Assembly (NCBI GenBank): GCA_963665295.1
Contig: OY762209.1
Location: forward strand, 4,192,001-4,256,000
Origin: Syntrophorhabdaceae bacterium
GTDB lineage: Bacteria; Desulfobacterota; Syntrophorhabdia; Syntrophorhabdales; Syntrophorhabdaceae
DNA: 64,000 bases
Direction of reading: 5' to 3'
Shown here: positions 1 through 10,026 of the stretch, one piece after another
Position numbering within the stretch: position 1 is the stretch's first letter
Layout of the letters: each line of letters starts with the position of its first letter
Translations under genes and position numbers: made by a program
The notes under the pieces: generated by a model
The model's database searches: none
What the model saw: only the letters and a program-made list of their open reading frames with translations
Told to the model about the DNA's origin: nothing

Positions 1-1807
1 AGTGTTTCTCCCTTGTAATGTCGATCACTGTCCCTGTGGCGGCAGGCCGGCCGTTATAGGATATGGAGTTCCCGAAGGCTTTCATGGTGAGGACCTTTCC
101 GTCCTTTCTTATCACCCTGAAGTCGTACTCCACGTGGTCCGCCTGTCCTGCAAGCCCTTTCGCCGTGTTTCTTTCCATCTTCGTCCTGTCGTCGGTATGG
201 GCCATATCCGCGGGACCGAGAGCATCCACAACCTCTTCGTACGCATACCCTGTCATGTCCGAAAACCGTTGGTTGACGAACCGGAAAAGACCATCCTGCA
301 CAATGTAGAAACCGACAAGAGAGCTTTCCACCACGCTGCGGTACTTTGCTTCAGATTCCACAAGTTCCCGTTCGATCTTCTTGCGTTCCGTAATATCTAC
401 AAGGATGGCGCGGAACCCCTTCTGTTGCTCATCCCGAATAATCGGACTCGCATAGGCTACCATGGGAAACCTGCTTCCGTCCTTTCTTATTGCTGAATAT
501 TCGTGGCTGCTCGATGGTTTTCTATTCGTCAGCATACTCGCGATGTTCTGCTTTATCCTCTCGCGGTCTTCAGGGACAATCATGTTTAGAACATTGAACG
601 TCCCACGGTCGAATTCCTCCCTCGTATAGCCGAACATTTTACAGCCGAAGAGGTTTCCAAAGGTGAAGTTTCCCCTTTCATCGAACTCGCCCACTGCCTG
701 CGGCAATGTGTCGGCAAGTTCTCTGAATCTGCGCTCGCTTTCCTCCAATTGCCCTTCCGCGGCTTTTCGGTCCGTAATGTCCGTACATACTCCCAATACC
801 GCCCTCTCGCCCGTTGAGGATATGGTGAACGGGATCTTGATGGTATGCAGGAAACGGGTCCTCCCTGCCGAATCGGTAATCCTCTCCTCCGGAATTTCCA
901 GAGCCTGACCACTCTCCATCACCCGCCTGTCGTTCTCAACAAACCAACCGACCTCATCCTTATGGGGGTGAACATCCGCATCCGTCTTCCCGGCGAGCCC
1001 TTCCACCGTCGTCCCGAAGGCATCGGCCACCGCTCTATTCACAAGGACGAACCGTCCTTGTCCGTCCTTCGCAAAGATAAAATGGGGAACGAGATCGATG
1101 ACCTGCCGGAGTCTGCTCTCGCTGTCGCGCAGACGCGTCTCCACCTCCCGTCTCATGGTTATCTCCGCTTCGAGCATCTCATTCTTTGCCTTCAACTCTC
1201 CGAGGGCCCCTGCCATCCGCTTCCGGAGCCCGTTTACAGAGAGGACAAGGGGCAAAAGGTACGTGAAGAAACATGCGACCTGGATGGTCCAGTTAATGGG
1301 GGACAAGAGATAGCGGTCCATGCCTGGTTTCGTGCCGATTACACCGCTGCAGATTCCGGCACCTATGACGGCGATTGCAAAACCCCCGATCGCCAGGGTA
1401 ATCAGACCCGCTTTTCTTCCGAGAAATATCCCCGCAAAAGCGCAAAAGATGACGCAGTGCATCACGCCCGTTCCCGCAAGTCCCAGGTTGAAGAGCGACT
1501 GTATCCCAAGCACATAACCAATGGCGAGCATAGATGAGAAGGACACGGGCAGGGGCAGACGCTTCCGATACCTGAACGCCAGGATTGCCGTCAAATAGGC
1601 CGCCACATGAAGAATGGCGATACGGTTGAAGGTGGGCTCCGTCAATGACCGATAAAGCGAAATTGATACTGCCACTCCACCGATAGCGAGCAACATGGGG
1701 AAGGTTTTGCTGAATATATCTGCCACGACCGGGTACATCTCGTGCGGATTGTCGAAGGACGAGAAACCGACAAGCCTGGATCGTGAAGGGTGTATCCGTT
1801 TATTCAT
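1..1807 (-). CDS. Membrane-anchored multi-PAS sensor protein (probable histidine kinase), truncated by the window edge
   Basis: Not in the ORF track because it runs off the edge. Manual translation of segments: ATG at 1807 after GGAGAG, a hydrophobic N-terminal region (TFPMLLAIGGVAVSISLY...), then three PAS/PAC units (ESRLRQVIDLVPHFIFAKD; ESERRFRELADTLPQAV...DITERK; ESEAKYRSVVESSLVG...DITREKH). Confidence 0.85.
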   Translation of the reverse strand, partial: MNKRIHPSRSRLVGFSSFDNPHEMYPVVADIFSKTFPMLLAIGGVAVSISLYRSLTEPTFNRIAILHVAAYLTAILAFRYRKRLPLPVSFSSMLAIGYVLGIQSLFNLGLAGTGVMHCVIFCAFAGIFLGRKAGLITLAIGGFAIAVIGAGICSGVIGTKPGMDRYLLSPINWTIQVACFFTYLLPLVLSVNGLRKRMAGALGELKAKNEMLEAEITMRREVETRLRDSESRLRQVIDLVPHFIFAKDGQGRFVLVNRAVADAFGTTVEGLAGKTDADVHPHKDEVGWFVENDRRVMESGQALEIPEERITDSAGRTRFLHTIKIPFTISSTGERAVLGVCTDITDRKAAEGQLEESERRFRELADTLPQAVGEFDERGNFTFGNLFGCKMFGYTREEFDRGTFNVLNMIVPEDRERIKQNIASMLTNRKPSSSHEYSAIRKDGSRFPMVAYASPIIRDEQQKGFRAILVDITERKKIERELVESEAKYRSVVESSLVGFYIVQDGLFRFVNQRFSDMTGYAYEEVVDALGPADMAHTDDRTKMERNTAKGLAGQADHVEYDFRVIRKDGKVLTMKAFGNSISYNGRPAATGTVIDITREKH

Positions 1808-2142
1808 AATCTCTCCGTAGCGACAAGTCTGAGCCCCGGTGCGCTTTCAGCCCGCTAATACTGTAAGCGACTATAAAGTTAATACAAGTGCGCCGAAATT
1901 TACAGGACATTCTCCGCAAGCCGGCCCACGCAACGGGCTCTTCGGACCTATCTGTCCCCATGCGGCGGGGCTTAGCGGACGCAGTCATCACGGCCCCTTA
2001 TTATGTATACGGAGATTCTGCAGATTACTTAAGCGCCGGAACGCCTATCATCCAAAAAACCCCTGATAAACACAAGAAAACGGTGCTAAGGCGACAATTG
2101 AACTCCGCCCCGTCCTTCGTTGCCCGTCTGGGAGACAGCACA

Positions 2143-3462
2143 CTAGTGGGGGTCGGGCAGCGTAAAGTAAAAAACGGCCCCTCCATCGGGCTTTCCTTCA
2201 GCCCAGACGCGTCCTCCGTGGAGGTTCACGATCCGTTTTACGATAGCCAGACCGACACCCGTGCCCTCAAAATCATCCGAACCGTGGAGGCGGTGGAAGA
2301 TGTCAAACATCTTCTCTTTTTGCGCCATATCGAAACCCACGCCGTTGTCCGCAACGGAATAGACCTTTTCACCGTTGCCCTGCCAACCCCCGACCTCGAC
2401 CCGCCTCCTTTCCCGGCGTTTCGAAAACTTCAGTGCATTGGAAAGGAGATTGTTTACCACCTGCCGTACCAGCCTTTCGTCACCGACGCCGTCGGGGACC
2501 TCCCATACTATCACGTCGCCTCCGGAGTAAACGGCAGCCAGGTCGTCAAGCACGGATTCAATGAGCCTTTTCATGGGGATCGTATCCTGGTGTATTGCCT
2601 CCCGCCCCAACCGGGAGTATGCGAGGAGGTCATCGATGAGTTGTCTCATCCTTTCGGCATTGTTACTTATCAGGCCGACGAGTTCCCGGGCTCTCTTATC
2701 GAGTTCTGCGCCGTACTTGTCGGCAACCCTGCGGGAAAAACCCTGTATGGCAACAAGGGGAATGCGAAGGTCATGGGAAACCATGGAATTGAAAGCCTCC
2801 AAATCGCTGTTCGCAATCTCCAGATTCCGCACGTGCTGTTCAAGCTCCCCGTTCAGTTCGCGAATCTTCATTTCCGCCTGCTTGATCTCGGTGATATCCC
2901 GAAGTACGGCAAGGGTTGCGGGCTTGCCCCCGTGCCTGACGGTCTGCACGGAGGCCTGTATGGTGCGTATGTCCCCGCCAGACCTGAAAATCCTGTATTC
3001 CGCTATCTTATCCAGTTTATCGCCCCTCTGCCGGGCATGGACTCTTTCCTTTACCGCCTCCCTGTCTTCAGGCACGATGAACTGGTCGAAGGGTTGACCG
3101 ATAATCTCCGAGGGGTCTTTGATGCCATGAATAGCGAGAAACGCGGGATTCACAAAAACCCGCTCGTTTCCCACAGTGAGAGTGATACCGTCAGCGACGT
3201 TCTCGATGACGGCCCGGTATAATTCCTCTTTTTCGTGAAGGGCCCTCTCCGCCTTCTCACGTTCTTTCGTCTCCATGTTTCTCTTCCGCAACGGGGCCCG
3301 ATACTTTCTCAACATAAAGCAGGTCGTCTTCTGTCTTTCCCTGTCTCCTGTCCCGGAAAGCAGGGCCAACCTTCTTCCGCGCCCCCGCCCGTTGTCCGCC
3401 TTCGCTGCTACTCCTCTCCTCTTTGCGGCAGACCGCCTGTCATGCCTCGTGATCCGGTCCAT
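2143..3462 (-). CDS. PAS-domain sensor histidine kinase (HisKA + HATPase); true start may be ATG 3276
   Basis: PAS ending in LRDITE, H-box SHDLRIP, N-box NLLSNALKF, G1 DNGVGF, G2 GTGVGLAIV. Confidence 0.9.
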   Translation of the reverse strand: MDRITRHDRRSAAKRRGVAAKADNGRGRGRRLALLSGTGDRERQKTTCFMLRKYRAPLRKRNMETKEREKAERALHEKEELYRAVIENVADGITLTVGNERVFVNPAFLAIHGIKDPSEIIGQPFDQFIVPEDREAVKERVHARQRGDKLDKIAEYRIFRSGGDIRTIQASVQTVRHGGKPATLAVLRDITEIKQAEMKIRELNGELEQHVRNLEIANSDLEAFNSMVSHDLRIPLVAIQGFSRRVADKYGAELDKRARELVGLISNNAERMRQLIDDLLAYSRLGREAIHQDTIPMKRLIESVLDDLAAVYSGGDVIVWEVPDGVGDERLVRQVVNNLLSNALKFSKRRERRRVEVGGWQGNGEKVYSVADNGVGFDMAQKEKMFDIFHRLHGSDDFEGTGVGLAIVKRIVNLHGGRVWAEGKPDGGAVFYFTLPDPH

Positions 3463-3562
3463 GACAAAGTATACCAGATTACGCGTAGGTGAGAAACAGG
3501 GCCCCAGTCAGGACACTCGACAATCTGAGCGTCATGGTATTAAACTAATGCAGTCGGACGCT

Positions 3563-4663
3563 ATGAAACCCAGACCCCTCAAACAGGTTCTTATCTTCAT
3601 CCTTCTGGTTTGCCTGTTCTCCTGCACCCACAACCAGCCGTCCTTCAATGAAGCCCTGTGGCGCCAAACCGTCCTCGATGAGAAAGAGGATAGCCTCTAC
3701 GCGCCCCACTTCGCGGAGGGAAAGTATTTTAATCCCTGGATGCCGAGAGAACAAGGAGGTTTTCTCAGACTCCTTAAGATGTCCCTTTCCGAAGGTACTG
3801 AATATACGGAGGAAGAGAGCACCTTCAAGCCGGGGCTTATTCCGGGACTCAAAGAAAGGATAGGGTCGATGCCCGACGGCGACTTCATCGCCTGGATAGG
3901 TCACTCGACCTTTCTCATACGAGTGAGCGGCGTAAATATCCTGACCGACCCTATCTTCTCCGAAAGGGCTCTCATACCCAAAAGGATAACACCGCCGGCC
4001 ATGAAAGCCCGGGAGGTGAACGAAGTCGCTCCCGGAGTGAACGTGCTTATATCGCACAACCACTATGACCACCTGGATGTCAAGAGCCTGGAGGCCCTTT
4101 CAGGGGCTTCAAGGATTATCGTCCCCATGGGTCTCAAGTCCTTCGTGGAGGAAACGGGCGAAGCTCCCATAGAGGAGATGGACTGGTGGCAAAACATTTC
4201 TATCGGCGATAAGGTCAAGATAATCTGCCTTCCCGCCCACCACTGGTCGAGACGCCTATCCCAGAAGACCAATGAAACCCTCTGGGCAAGCTACCTGATC
4301 GTTGCCCCTCATGTAACTATCTACTTTGCCGGCGACAGTGGCTATTTTGTCGGCTACAGGGAATATGGACGCCTGTTTCCCGACATTACTTACGCCATTA
4401 TACCCACCACCGCCCTTCACCCGCGTGCTTTTATGCACTATGCCCATATGAATGTGGAAGAGGCGCTGGACGCTTTTCAGGACCTCAACGCGAAATATTT
4501 CATCCCCGCCCACTGGGGCACATTCCAGATCAGCAGTGAGCCGCCCGGTTATCCCGTCATGGAACTGAAAAGAAAGATACGGGAAAGGCGCCTCGATCCG
4601 TCGCGGTATAAGATTATGGACCTCGGTACCCTTCTCCCCGTGGAAGACGAACACGGAAAATGA
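3563..4663 (+). CDS. Metallo-beta-lactamase-fold hydrolase (NAPE-PLD/RomA-like), probable lipoprotein
   Basis: Motifs WIGHST, SHNHYDHLD, PAHHWS, FAGDSG, PAHWGTF; signal peptide with lipobox LFSC. Confidence 0.88.
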   Translation: MKPRPLKQVLIFILLVCLFSCTHNQPSFNEALWRQTVLDEKEDSLYAPHFAEGKYFNPWMPREQGGFLRLLKMSLSEGTEYTEEESTFKPGLIPGLKERIGSMPDGDFIAWIGHSTFLIRVSGVNILTDPIFSERALIPKRITPPAMKAREVNEVAPGVNVLISHNHYDHLDVKSLEALSGASRIIVPMGLKSFVEETGEAPIEEMDWWQNISIGDKVKIICLPAHHWSRRLSQKTNETLWASYLIVAPHVTIYFAGDSGYFVGYREYGRLFPDITYAIIPTTALHPRAFMHYAHMNVEEALDAFQDLNAKYFIPAHWGTFQISSEPPGYPVMELKRKIRERRLDPSRYKIMDLGTLLPVEDEHGK

Positions 4664-4776
4664 TGTCTTCGCCAACAGGTATTTGCAGAAATCCGGAAAA
4701 AAATGCTAAGGTATTTTTGTAGGATGGACCTCTCTTCACACTGAAAGGTACCGGCAGAAGAGGAAAAGGAGACCTT

Positions 4777-6390
4777 TTGCAATTCAGGAACAGTATACTA
4801 CGGCTTACGGCGCTCTTCATCATCTTCCTCATCGGGCCATGCCTGACCGCTCAGGCCGTTCCTCTTTCCGGCAGCAAGAAGGGCGTCGCCGCGCCTTCTT
4901 CAACCACCGACCCCCTAGGACGCGGCACACCTCAGGGTACGATAGTGGGATTTATGCTCTCCGCCCAAAAGGGTGAGTACGAGCGCGCTTTAAAATATCT
5001 CGACACCAGGAAGACGGGGCGGAGCGCGGTCAGGCTTATCGATGAACTGCAGGTGGTTCTGGAAAGAGGTTTTTCCGGTAAACTCGGGATGTTAAGCACG
5101 AAGGCCGAAGGACGTCTCGACGACAATCTTCCGCCCTCAAAAGAGTTGGTGGGCACCATCGAAACCGAGTCGGATAGTCTCGACGTCCTCCTCGAAAGGG
5201 TTCAGCGGGGAACCGACCCCCCTATTTGGCTCTTCGCGTCCGAGACGCTCGCGAAAGTCCCTGAAGTCTACACTGACCTCGACACCTTGTCTCCGGACCG
5301 GTTTTTCCCCCGATTCATGACTGAAAAGGTATTTATCTGGTTCCCCTTGTGGCAATGGATATACATCCTCCTTGTGGCCCCCTTGTCGTTTCTTGTGGCG
5401 ACGTTGCTTACCCGCCTTCTAACCCCGTTCCTCCTCAAGGTAGTGGTGCGCGTAACCAAGGTCAAAAGCGACCGCCATGCAATGACCCTCACGGGTCCCC
5501 TCCGTATATTGATACTGGCATTGGCCCTGTGGGCTATTTCAACTTTTTCCCACTCGATCCTGGTAAGCCTCTTTTGGACCTACGCCGCCATAACCCTTGC
5601 TGTAGTGGGCGCCACGTGGCTTACCATACGGCTGATCGACGTAGTGGTAAAGCTTAAACACAAGAAGTGGTCTGCCACCGCAACGGGACGGGTCGCCATG
5701 GTACAACTCGTCGGCAAACTCTCAAAAGCCTTCACCCTCATCGTGGGTGTCCTTATCATCCTTTATGTTGCGGGGATCAATATCACCGCAGCCCTGACCG
5801 GGTTGGGAATAGGCGGTGTCGCAGTCGCCTTCGCTGCTCAGAAGACCCTGGAAAATCTCTTCGGCGGCATTATGATCATCTCCGACCAACCCATCCGCGT
5901 CGGAGATTTCTGTAAAGCCGGCAATCACACGGGCACTGTCGAAAGCATCGGTCTTCGTTCCACGTTCCTCCGTACCGTCGAAAGGACGACGGTCTCGATT
6001 CCCAATGGACAGTTGGCCGTAATGAGCCTGGAGAATTTCGCCCATCGCGACAAGATATTATTTCACCACAGCATCAATGTGCGGCCCGATGCCACCGGTG
6101 ATCAACTCACGAAAATCCTCGCCGGAATGAGAAACCTGCTCCACGAACACCCGAAGATAGACCCTGAGGCGGCTCGGGTAAGCCTTATCAGATTCTCCGA
6201 TTCCGCCTTTGTAATAGAAGTGTACGCATACATCAGGGAAACCGCGTACGACGCATTCACTTTAGTCCAGGAAGAAGTGCTTCTCGAAATCATGGGTGTG
6301 ATAGAGGCTCACGGTGCCGGCCTTGCTTTCCCGGCTCAGACAGCAGCCTCCATCTCCCCGGACCGGGGAGCGGAGGGTCCCAAACCCTGA
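4777..6390 (+). CDS. MscS-family mechanosensitive ion channel with N-terminal periplasmic domain
   Basis: TM3 motif GLGIGGVAVAFAAQKTLENLFGG, DQPIRVGD, GTVESIGLRST; signal peptide. Confidence 0.92.
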   Translation: MQFRNSILRLTALFIIFLIGPCLTAQAVPLSGSKKGVAAPSSTTDPLGRGTPQGTIVGFMLSAQKGEYERALKYLDTRKTGRSAVRLIDELQVVLERGFSGKLGMLSTKAEGRLDDNLPPSKELVGTIETESDSLDVLLERVQRGTDPPIWLFASETLAKVPEVYTDLDTLSPDRFFPRFMTEKVFIWFPLWQWIYILLVAPLSFLVATLLTRLLTPFLLKVVVRVTKVKSDRHAMTLTGPLRILILALALWAISTFSHSILVSLFWTYAAITLAVVGATWLTIRLIDVVVKLKHKKWSATATGRVAMVQLVGKLSKAFTLIVGVLIILYVAGINITAALTGLGIGGVAVAFAAQKTLENLFGGIMIISDQPIRVGDFCKAGNHTGTVESIGLRSTFLRTVERTTVSIPNGQLAVMSLENFAHRDKILFHHSINVRPDATGDQLTKILAGMRNLLHEHPKIDPEAARVSLIRFSDSAFVIEVYAYIRETAYDAFTLVQEEVLLEIMGVIEAHGAGLAFPAQTAASISPDRGAEGPKP

Positions 6391-6520
6391 AAATCACCTC
6401 GGAGGAAAGGGGCCCGGAGACAAGTGCGGTTCGGATATCGGGAACCGGCCATGCGATGGACCGGGACCTGGGATAAGAGCCCACGGAAATGAAGAACGGA
6501 AGCAATGAAAGGGAGGTCAC

Positions 6521-7678
6521 ATGAGAGTCGGAAAAGTCTTCGTATGGATCCTGTTCGGTTTATTTGCCTTAACCTTCATCACACCACCACCGGTATCGTC
6601 TCAAAATAATCCTTCCAAGTTCAAACAGGAGGAACTGGACCAGATGGTCGCCCCCATCGCGCTTTACCCTGATGCCCTTCTCGCTCAGGTGCTGATGGCC
6701 GCCACTTATCCCCTGGAAATAATTGAGGCCGATCGTTGGTCCAAGCAGAACAAGGGACTGAAGGGCGATGCCCTCAACGCGGCCGTAGACAAGCAATCGT
6801 GGGATACGAGTGTAAAGTCCCTTGCTTCCTTCCCTCAGGTTCTTGGCATGATGAGCGACAAGATAGAATGGACTCAAAAGCTGGGGGACGCTTTTCTCGC
6901 CCAGCAGAAAGATGTTATGGCCACGGTTCAGAAACTGAGGGCAAAGGCCCATGCAGCGGGCAACCTCAAGACCAACTCCGAGCAGAAGGTGGTGGTCCAG
7001 GAACAGATTATCGAAATAGTCCCTGCCAACCCCGCTGTAGTATATGTTCCCGCATACAACCCCACAGTGGTTTACGGGGCCTGGTGGTATCCCGCATACC
7101 CGCCCTACCCCGTGTATCCGCCCGGCGCCATGGCGGCTACGAGTATAATGTCCTTCGGCCTCGGGGTCGCGGTGGGAGCGGCCTGGAGCAATAACTGGGG
7201 GTCATGCAACTGGCACACGGGCGATGTGAATGTGAACGTCAATAAGAGCGTAAATATCAATAATACCCACATCAACAATTTCAACAACAACAACTTCAAC
7301 AAATGGCAGCATGATCCCGATCATCGGAGGGGCGTGGCGTATCATGATAACGCCATGGCCCAGAAGTACGGACAGACACAAAGGGGCGGCGCGGATCAAA
7401 GACAGCAGTACAGAGGGTTCGACGGAAACGCCAGGGGAGACTCCGCCAAGGCAGCCAACCGGCAAGGGGCGAACACAACCGCCGCAAACAGGCAGACGTC
7501 ACACCAACCCACAAGGGCCGCGGCCTTTGACGGGATGGACCGCGGCGGCCGGCAGGCGATGAATAGTAGTGAAAGGGGACGGACAAGCAGGGAGAGCATG
7601 GGCTCCTACGGAGGCCATTCAGGGTTCGGAAGTTCAGGCCGTTCCGAACGCAGCTTCTCCGGCGGCCGTCGCCGGTGA
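6521..7678 (+). CDS. DUF3300 domain-containing exported protein with N-rich/RG-rich low-complexity tail
   Basis: ELDQMVAPIALYPDALLAQVLMAATYP, WDTSVKSL, VYVPAYNPTVVYG; RBS GGAGG. Confidence 0.88.
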   Translation: MRVGKVFVWILFGLFALTFITPPPVSSQNNPSKFKQEELDQMVAPIALYPDALLAQVLMAATYPLEIIEADRWSKQNKGLKGDALNAAVDKQSWDTSVKSLASFPQVLGMMSDKIEWTQKLGDAFLAQQKDVMATVQKLRAKAHAAGNLKTNSEQKVVVQEQIIEIVPANPAVVYVPAYNPTVVYGAWWYPAYPPYPVYPPGAMAATSIMSFGLGVAVGAAWSNNWGSCNWHTGDVNVNVNKSVNINNTHINNFNNNNFNKWQHDPDHRRGVAYHDNAMAQKYGQTQRGGADQRQQYRGFDGNARGDSAKAANRQGANTTAANRQTSHQPTRAAAFDGMDRGGRQAMNSSERGRTSRESMGSYGGHSGFGSSGRSERSFSGGRRR

Positions 7679-7730
7679 GCGCATGAAGAACAATCGCTTA
7701 CCCACTAACCCCTTGAGGAGGAAAACAGAT

Positions 7731-8696
7731 ATGATCGATTTTGCCGAAAAAACGCGAACCGGGTCAAGACCCTGGACCCGTCTGATATTTGCATTTGCCC
7801 TCGTAATATTTGCCCTTACATTCTCCGATTCATCGTGGGCCGCCCCCCGGGGGCAAAAGGTCTTCAAAACCGCCGAGGAAGCCGTGAGCGCACTGCTGGC
7901 CGCAACAAAAACAGCCGACGCGAAGGAAATGACCGCTATCATGGGACCCAGGATCAGGGATATTTTTTCCTCCGGCGATAGCGTTGCGGATAAGGAAACC
8001 CGTGATCTTTTTATACGGTCCTATGAGGAAAAGCACAGCCTTCAGCAGGTCGCCGGGGATAAGATGGTCCTCTTCATAGGTGCGGAGGACTGGCCTTTCC
8101 CTATTCCCGTGGTAAAGAAAGGGAAATCGTGGCGTTTCGATACAAGAGCGGGGTTGGAGGAAATACTCGACCGCCGGATAGGAAAAAACGAACTGGGAGC
8201 CATCCAGGTCTGCCTCTCTTATGTGGACGCGCAGCGTGACTATGCTTCGAGGGGGAAAGACAAAGGAGGGCTGCTCGAGTATGCCCAGAAATTTATAAGC
8301 GATCCCGGCAAGAAGAACGGCCTCTACTGGGAAGCGGCGGAAGGAGAGGAGCAGAGCCCCATGGGGCCCTTCATGGCCTCTGCGGCGCGGGAGGGATATC
8401 GGTTCAAAGCCGGCGCGAACAAACCTTCACCTTACCACGGTTATTTCTACAGGATCATAAAGGCCCAGGGGCCCGCCGCCCCGGGTGGCGCATATGATTA
8501 CATGGTTCGGGACAGCATGATAGGCGGTTTTGCCCTCGTGGCGTGGCCTGCGAAATACGGGGTTTCCGGAGTAATGACCTTCATCGTGAACCATGGAGGC
8601 AATGTCTATGAAAAGAACCTCGGCAAGGACACCGCAAAGGTGGCCAGACACATGACCACATTTGATCCCGACAAGACGTGGAAGAAACTGGATTGA
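7731..8696 (+). CDS. DUF2950 domain-containing exported protein
   Basis: WPFPIPVVK, RRIGKNE, KNGLYW, PYHGYFYRI, GVMTFIVN; RBS GAGGAGG; typical partner of DUF3300. Confidence 0.88.
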   Translation: MIDFAEKTRTGSRPWTRLIFAFALVIFALTFSDSSWAAPRGQKVFKTAEEAVSALLAATKTADAKEMTAIMGPRIRDIFSSGDSVADKETRDLFIRSYEEKHSLQQVAGDKMVLFIGAEDWPFPIPVVKKGKSWRFDTRAGLEEILDRRIGKNELGAIQVCLSYVDAQRDYASRGKDKGGLLEYAQKFISDPGKKNGLYWEAAEGEEQSPMGPFMASAAREGYRFKAGANKPSPYHGYFYRIIKAQGPAAPGGAYDYMVRDSMIGGFALVAWPAKYGVSGVMTFIVNHGGNVYEKNLGKDTAKVARHMTTFDPDKTWKKLD

Positions 8697-8701
8697 CGAT
8701 T

Positions 8702-8736
8702 ATCGCAGGGGCGCCCTTCACGGACGCCCCTGCGAT
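8702..8736. terminator. GC-rich hairpin between convergent genes
   Basis: ATCGCAGGGGCG...CGCCCCTGCGAT, 12-bp inverted repeat; no clear U-tract. Confidence 0.6.
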
Positions 8737-8764
8737 GGCAGCCTGCAGATAAACCGGTTCTCTA

Positions 8765-9238
8765 TTATTTCATCCGGCGAAGAAGCAAACTTGCTTCGCC
8801 GGTATCGATAACCAATTGGTTGTCCCCTTCGATTCTGAACCTCGCATTCACGTCTTCCTTCGGCTTATTGATGATCATGGTAGATCCGATTATATGGTAC
8901 CGGAAGGTCTGGTCTCTTGCGGAACCGTCCGCATACCTGGTGGTCTCAACAAGACTGCCGTCGGGCTGGAAGAAAAGGATCATTGAGGTAAAAGCCTTTT
9001 CCGGCTTCGGGTTGATGCTCGTCACCTGCCAACGCGTATTACCCAGAGGCCTCGTGTCCTCGGGCACAGGCTTCGGTTTGGCAAGTTCGTAGCTGAAGAC
9101 TATGGCATCGGCTTGATCGACCATGGGTGGCGAGTCGCCCGGAACAAAGGGACCGCTGGCGCAGGCGCCAAGCATTACGAGGGCAAAACAGGATGCCGTA
9201 AGACTCAAGGCTGTCATCAGGTGTTTACTTCTTTTCAT
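8765..9238 (-). CDS. Hypothetical lipoprotein (beta-rich, lipocalin/META-like)
   Basis: AGGAGG RBS before ATG 9238; signal peptide with lipobox LGAC; 'LGNTRWQVTSI' strand pattern. Confidence 0.7.
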   Translation of the reverse strand: MKRSKHLMTALSLTASCFALVMLGACASGPFVPGDSPPMVDQADAIVFSYELAKPKPVPEDTRPLGNTRWQVTSINPKPEKAFTSMILFFQPDGSLVETTRYADGSARDQTFRYHIIGSTMIINKPKEDVNARFRIEGDNQLVIDTGEASLLLRRMK

Positions 9239-9551
9239 TTTCTTCCTCCTCTTGCATATCATGATACGGTCCGCTCGAAAAACTGTCCGCCGCGACACGG
9301 AAGGCAGGTCAGGACTCACCCCCCCCCTATGGGGCAGCCGGAAATGGCGGGCCTATCCTTCAATGATTGTATGGTTTGCCTGGTTAGTCGGGAAAAAGGA
9401 ACGGCAGGTTACACGTTTCGGCGAAAAGAGCATCGCTGACGGAGATTCAAGGCTGCATTCATGAGGCATCATGTCTCTGAATCCAGTTGACTTGAACAAA
9501 CAAGCCACACAGGCATCGTCAAAACGTGAGTCTGCGAATGGACTGGAATGT

Positions 9552-9773
9552 CTATGCTTTTTCCTTCTCTTCGACGTCTTCTTTCACCTCGGCGTTTTCC
9601 TGACCTTCAGTTGCTTCCTGGGTTTCCATAACATCTCCCTCTTCGCCGACCTCAACCTCGCCGCCTTCTTCCTGCGTCTTGCCGGCAAAACGCCGCTGCC
9701 GTTTTTCCTCCTGCTTCTTGAGACGGGCAGTCTCCTTTCTTCTTTTTTCGCTTTTGTATGCGTGTCTCGCCAC
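9552..9773 (-). CDS. Small hypothetical protein, basic N-terminal half and acidic C-terminal half
   Basis: Strong RBS GGAGGAGG before GTG; 73 aa with biased composition. Confidence 0.7.
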   Translation of the reverse strand: MARHAYKSEKRRKETARLKKQEEKRQRRFAGKTQEEGGEVEVGEEGDVMETQEATEGQENAEVKEDVEEKEKA

Positions 9774-10026
9774 TTAAGCCCTCCTCCTCCTACATAAGAT
9801 TATGCTGGCATACTAACATTAAAAGCAGAGAAAGAACAGTCATTTGTGCAGGGAACCATACATGAAACATAATTTTCGAGGTTCCCGGGAGGACACCATT
9901 CCGCCTGCCGGAAGGTCGAGACATTCATACCCGCCCGATCATAAGTTCACGGATGGCGCCTGATGTGCTAAGATTGATTGCAGAGGGCATCATTGCAGGA
10001 AGAGAGCACAAAGTGAGCGAGGACAG

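Noticed and set aside
845..3222. Long plus-strand ORFs (845-1537, 1888-3222)
   Set aside because: Antisense shadows of the two minus-strand PAS sensor genes; no recognisable motifs.
7230..7300. AAC-rich repeat as a tandem repeat or CRISPR array
   Set aside because: It encodes the Asn-rich tract of DUF3300; I saw no repeat-spacer array or cas gene in the window.
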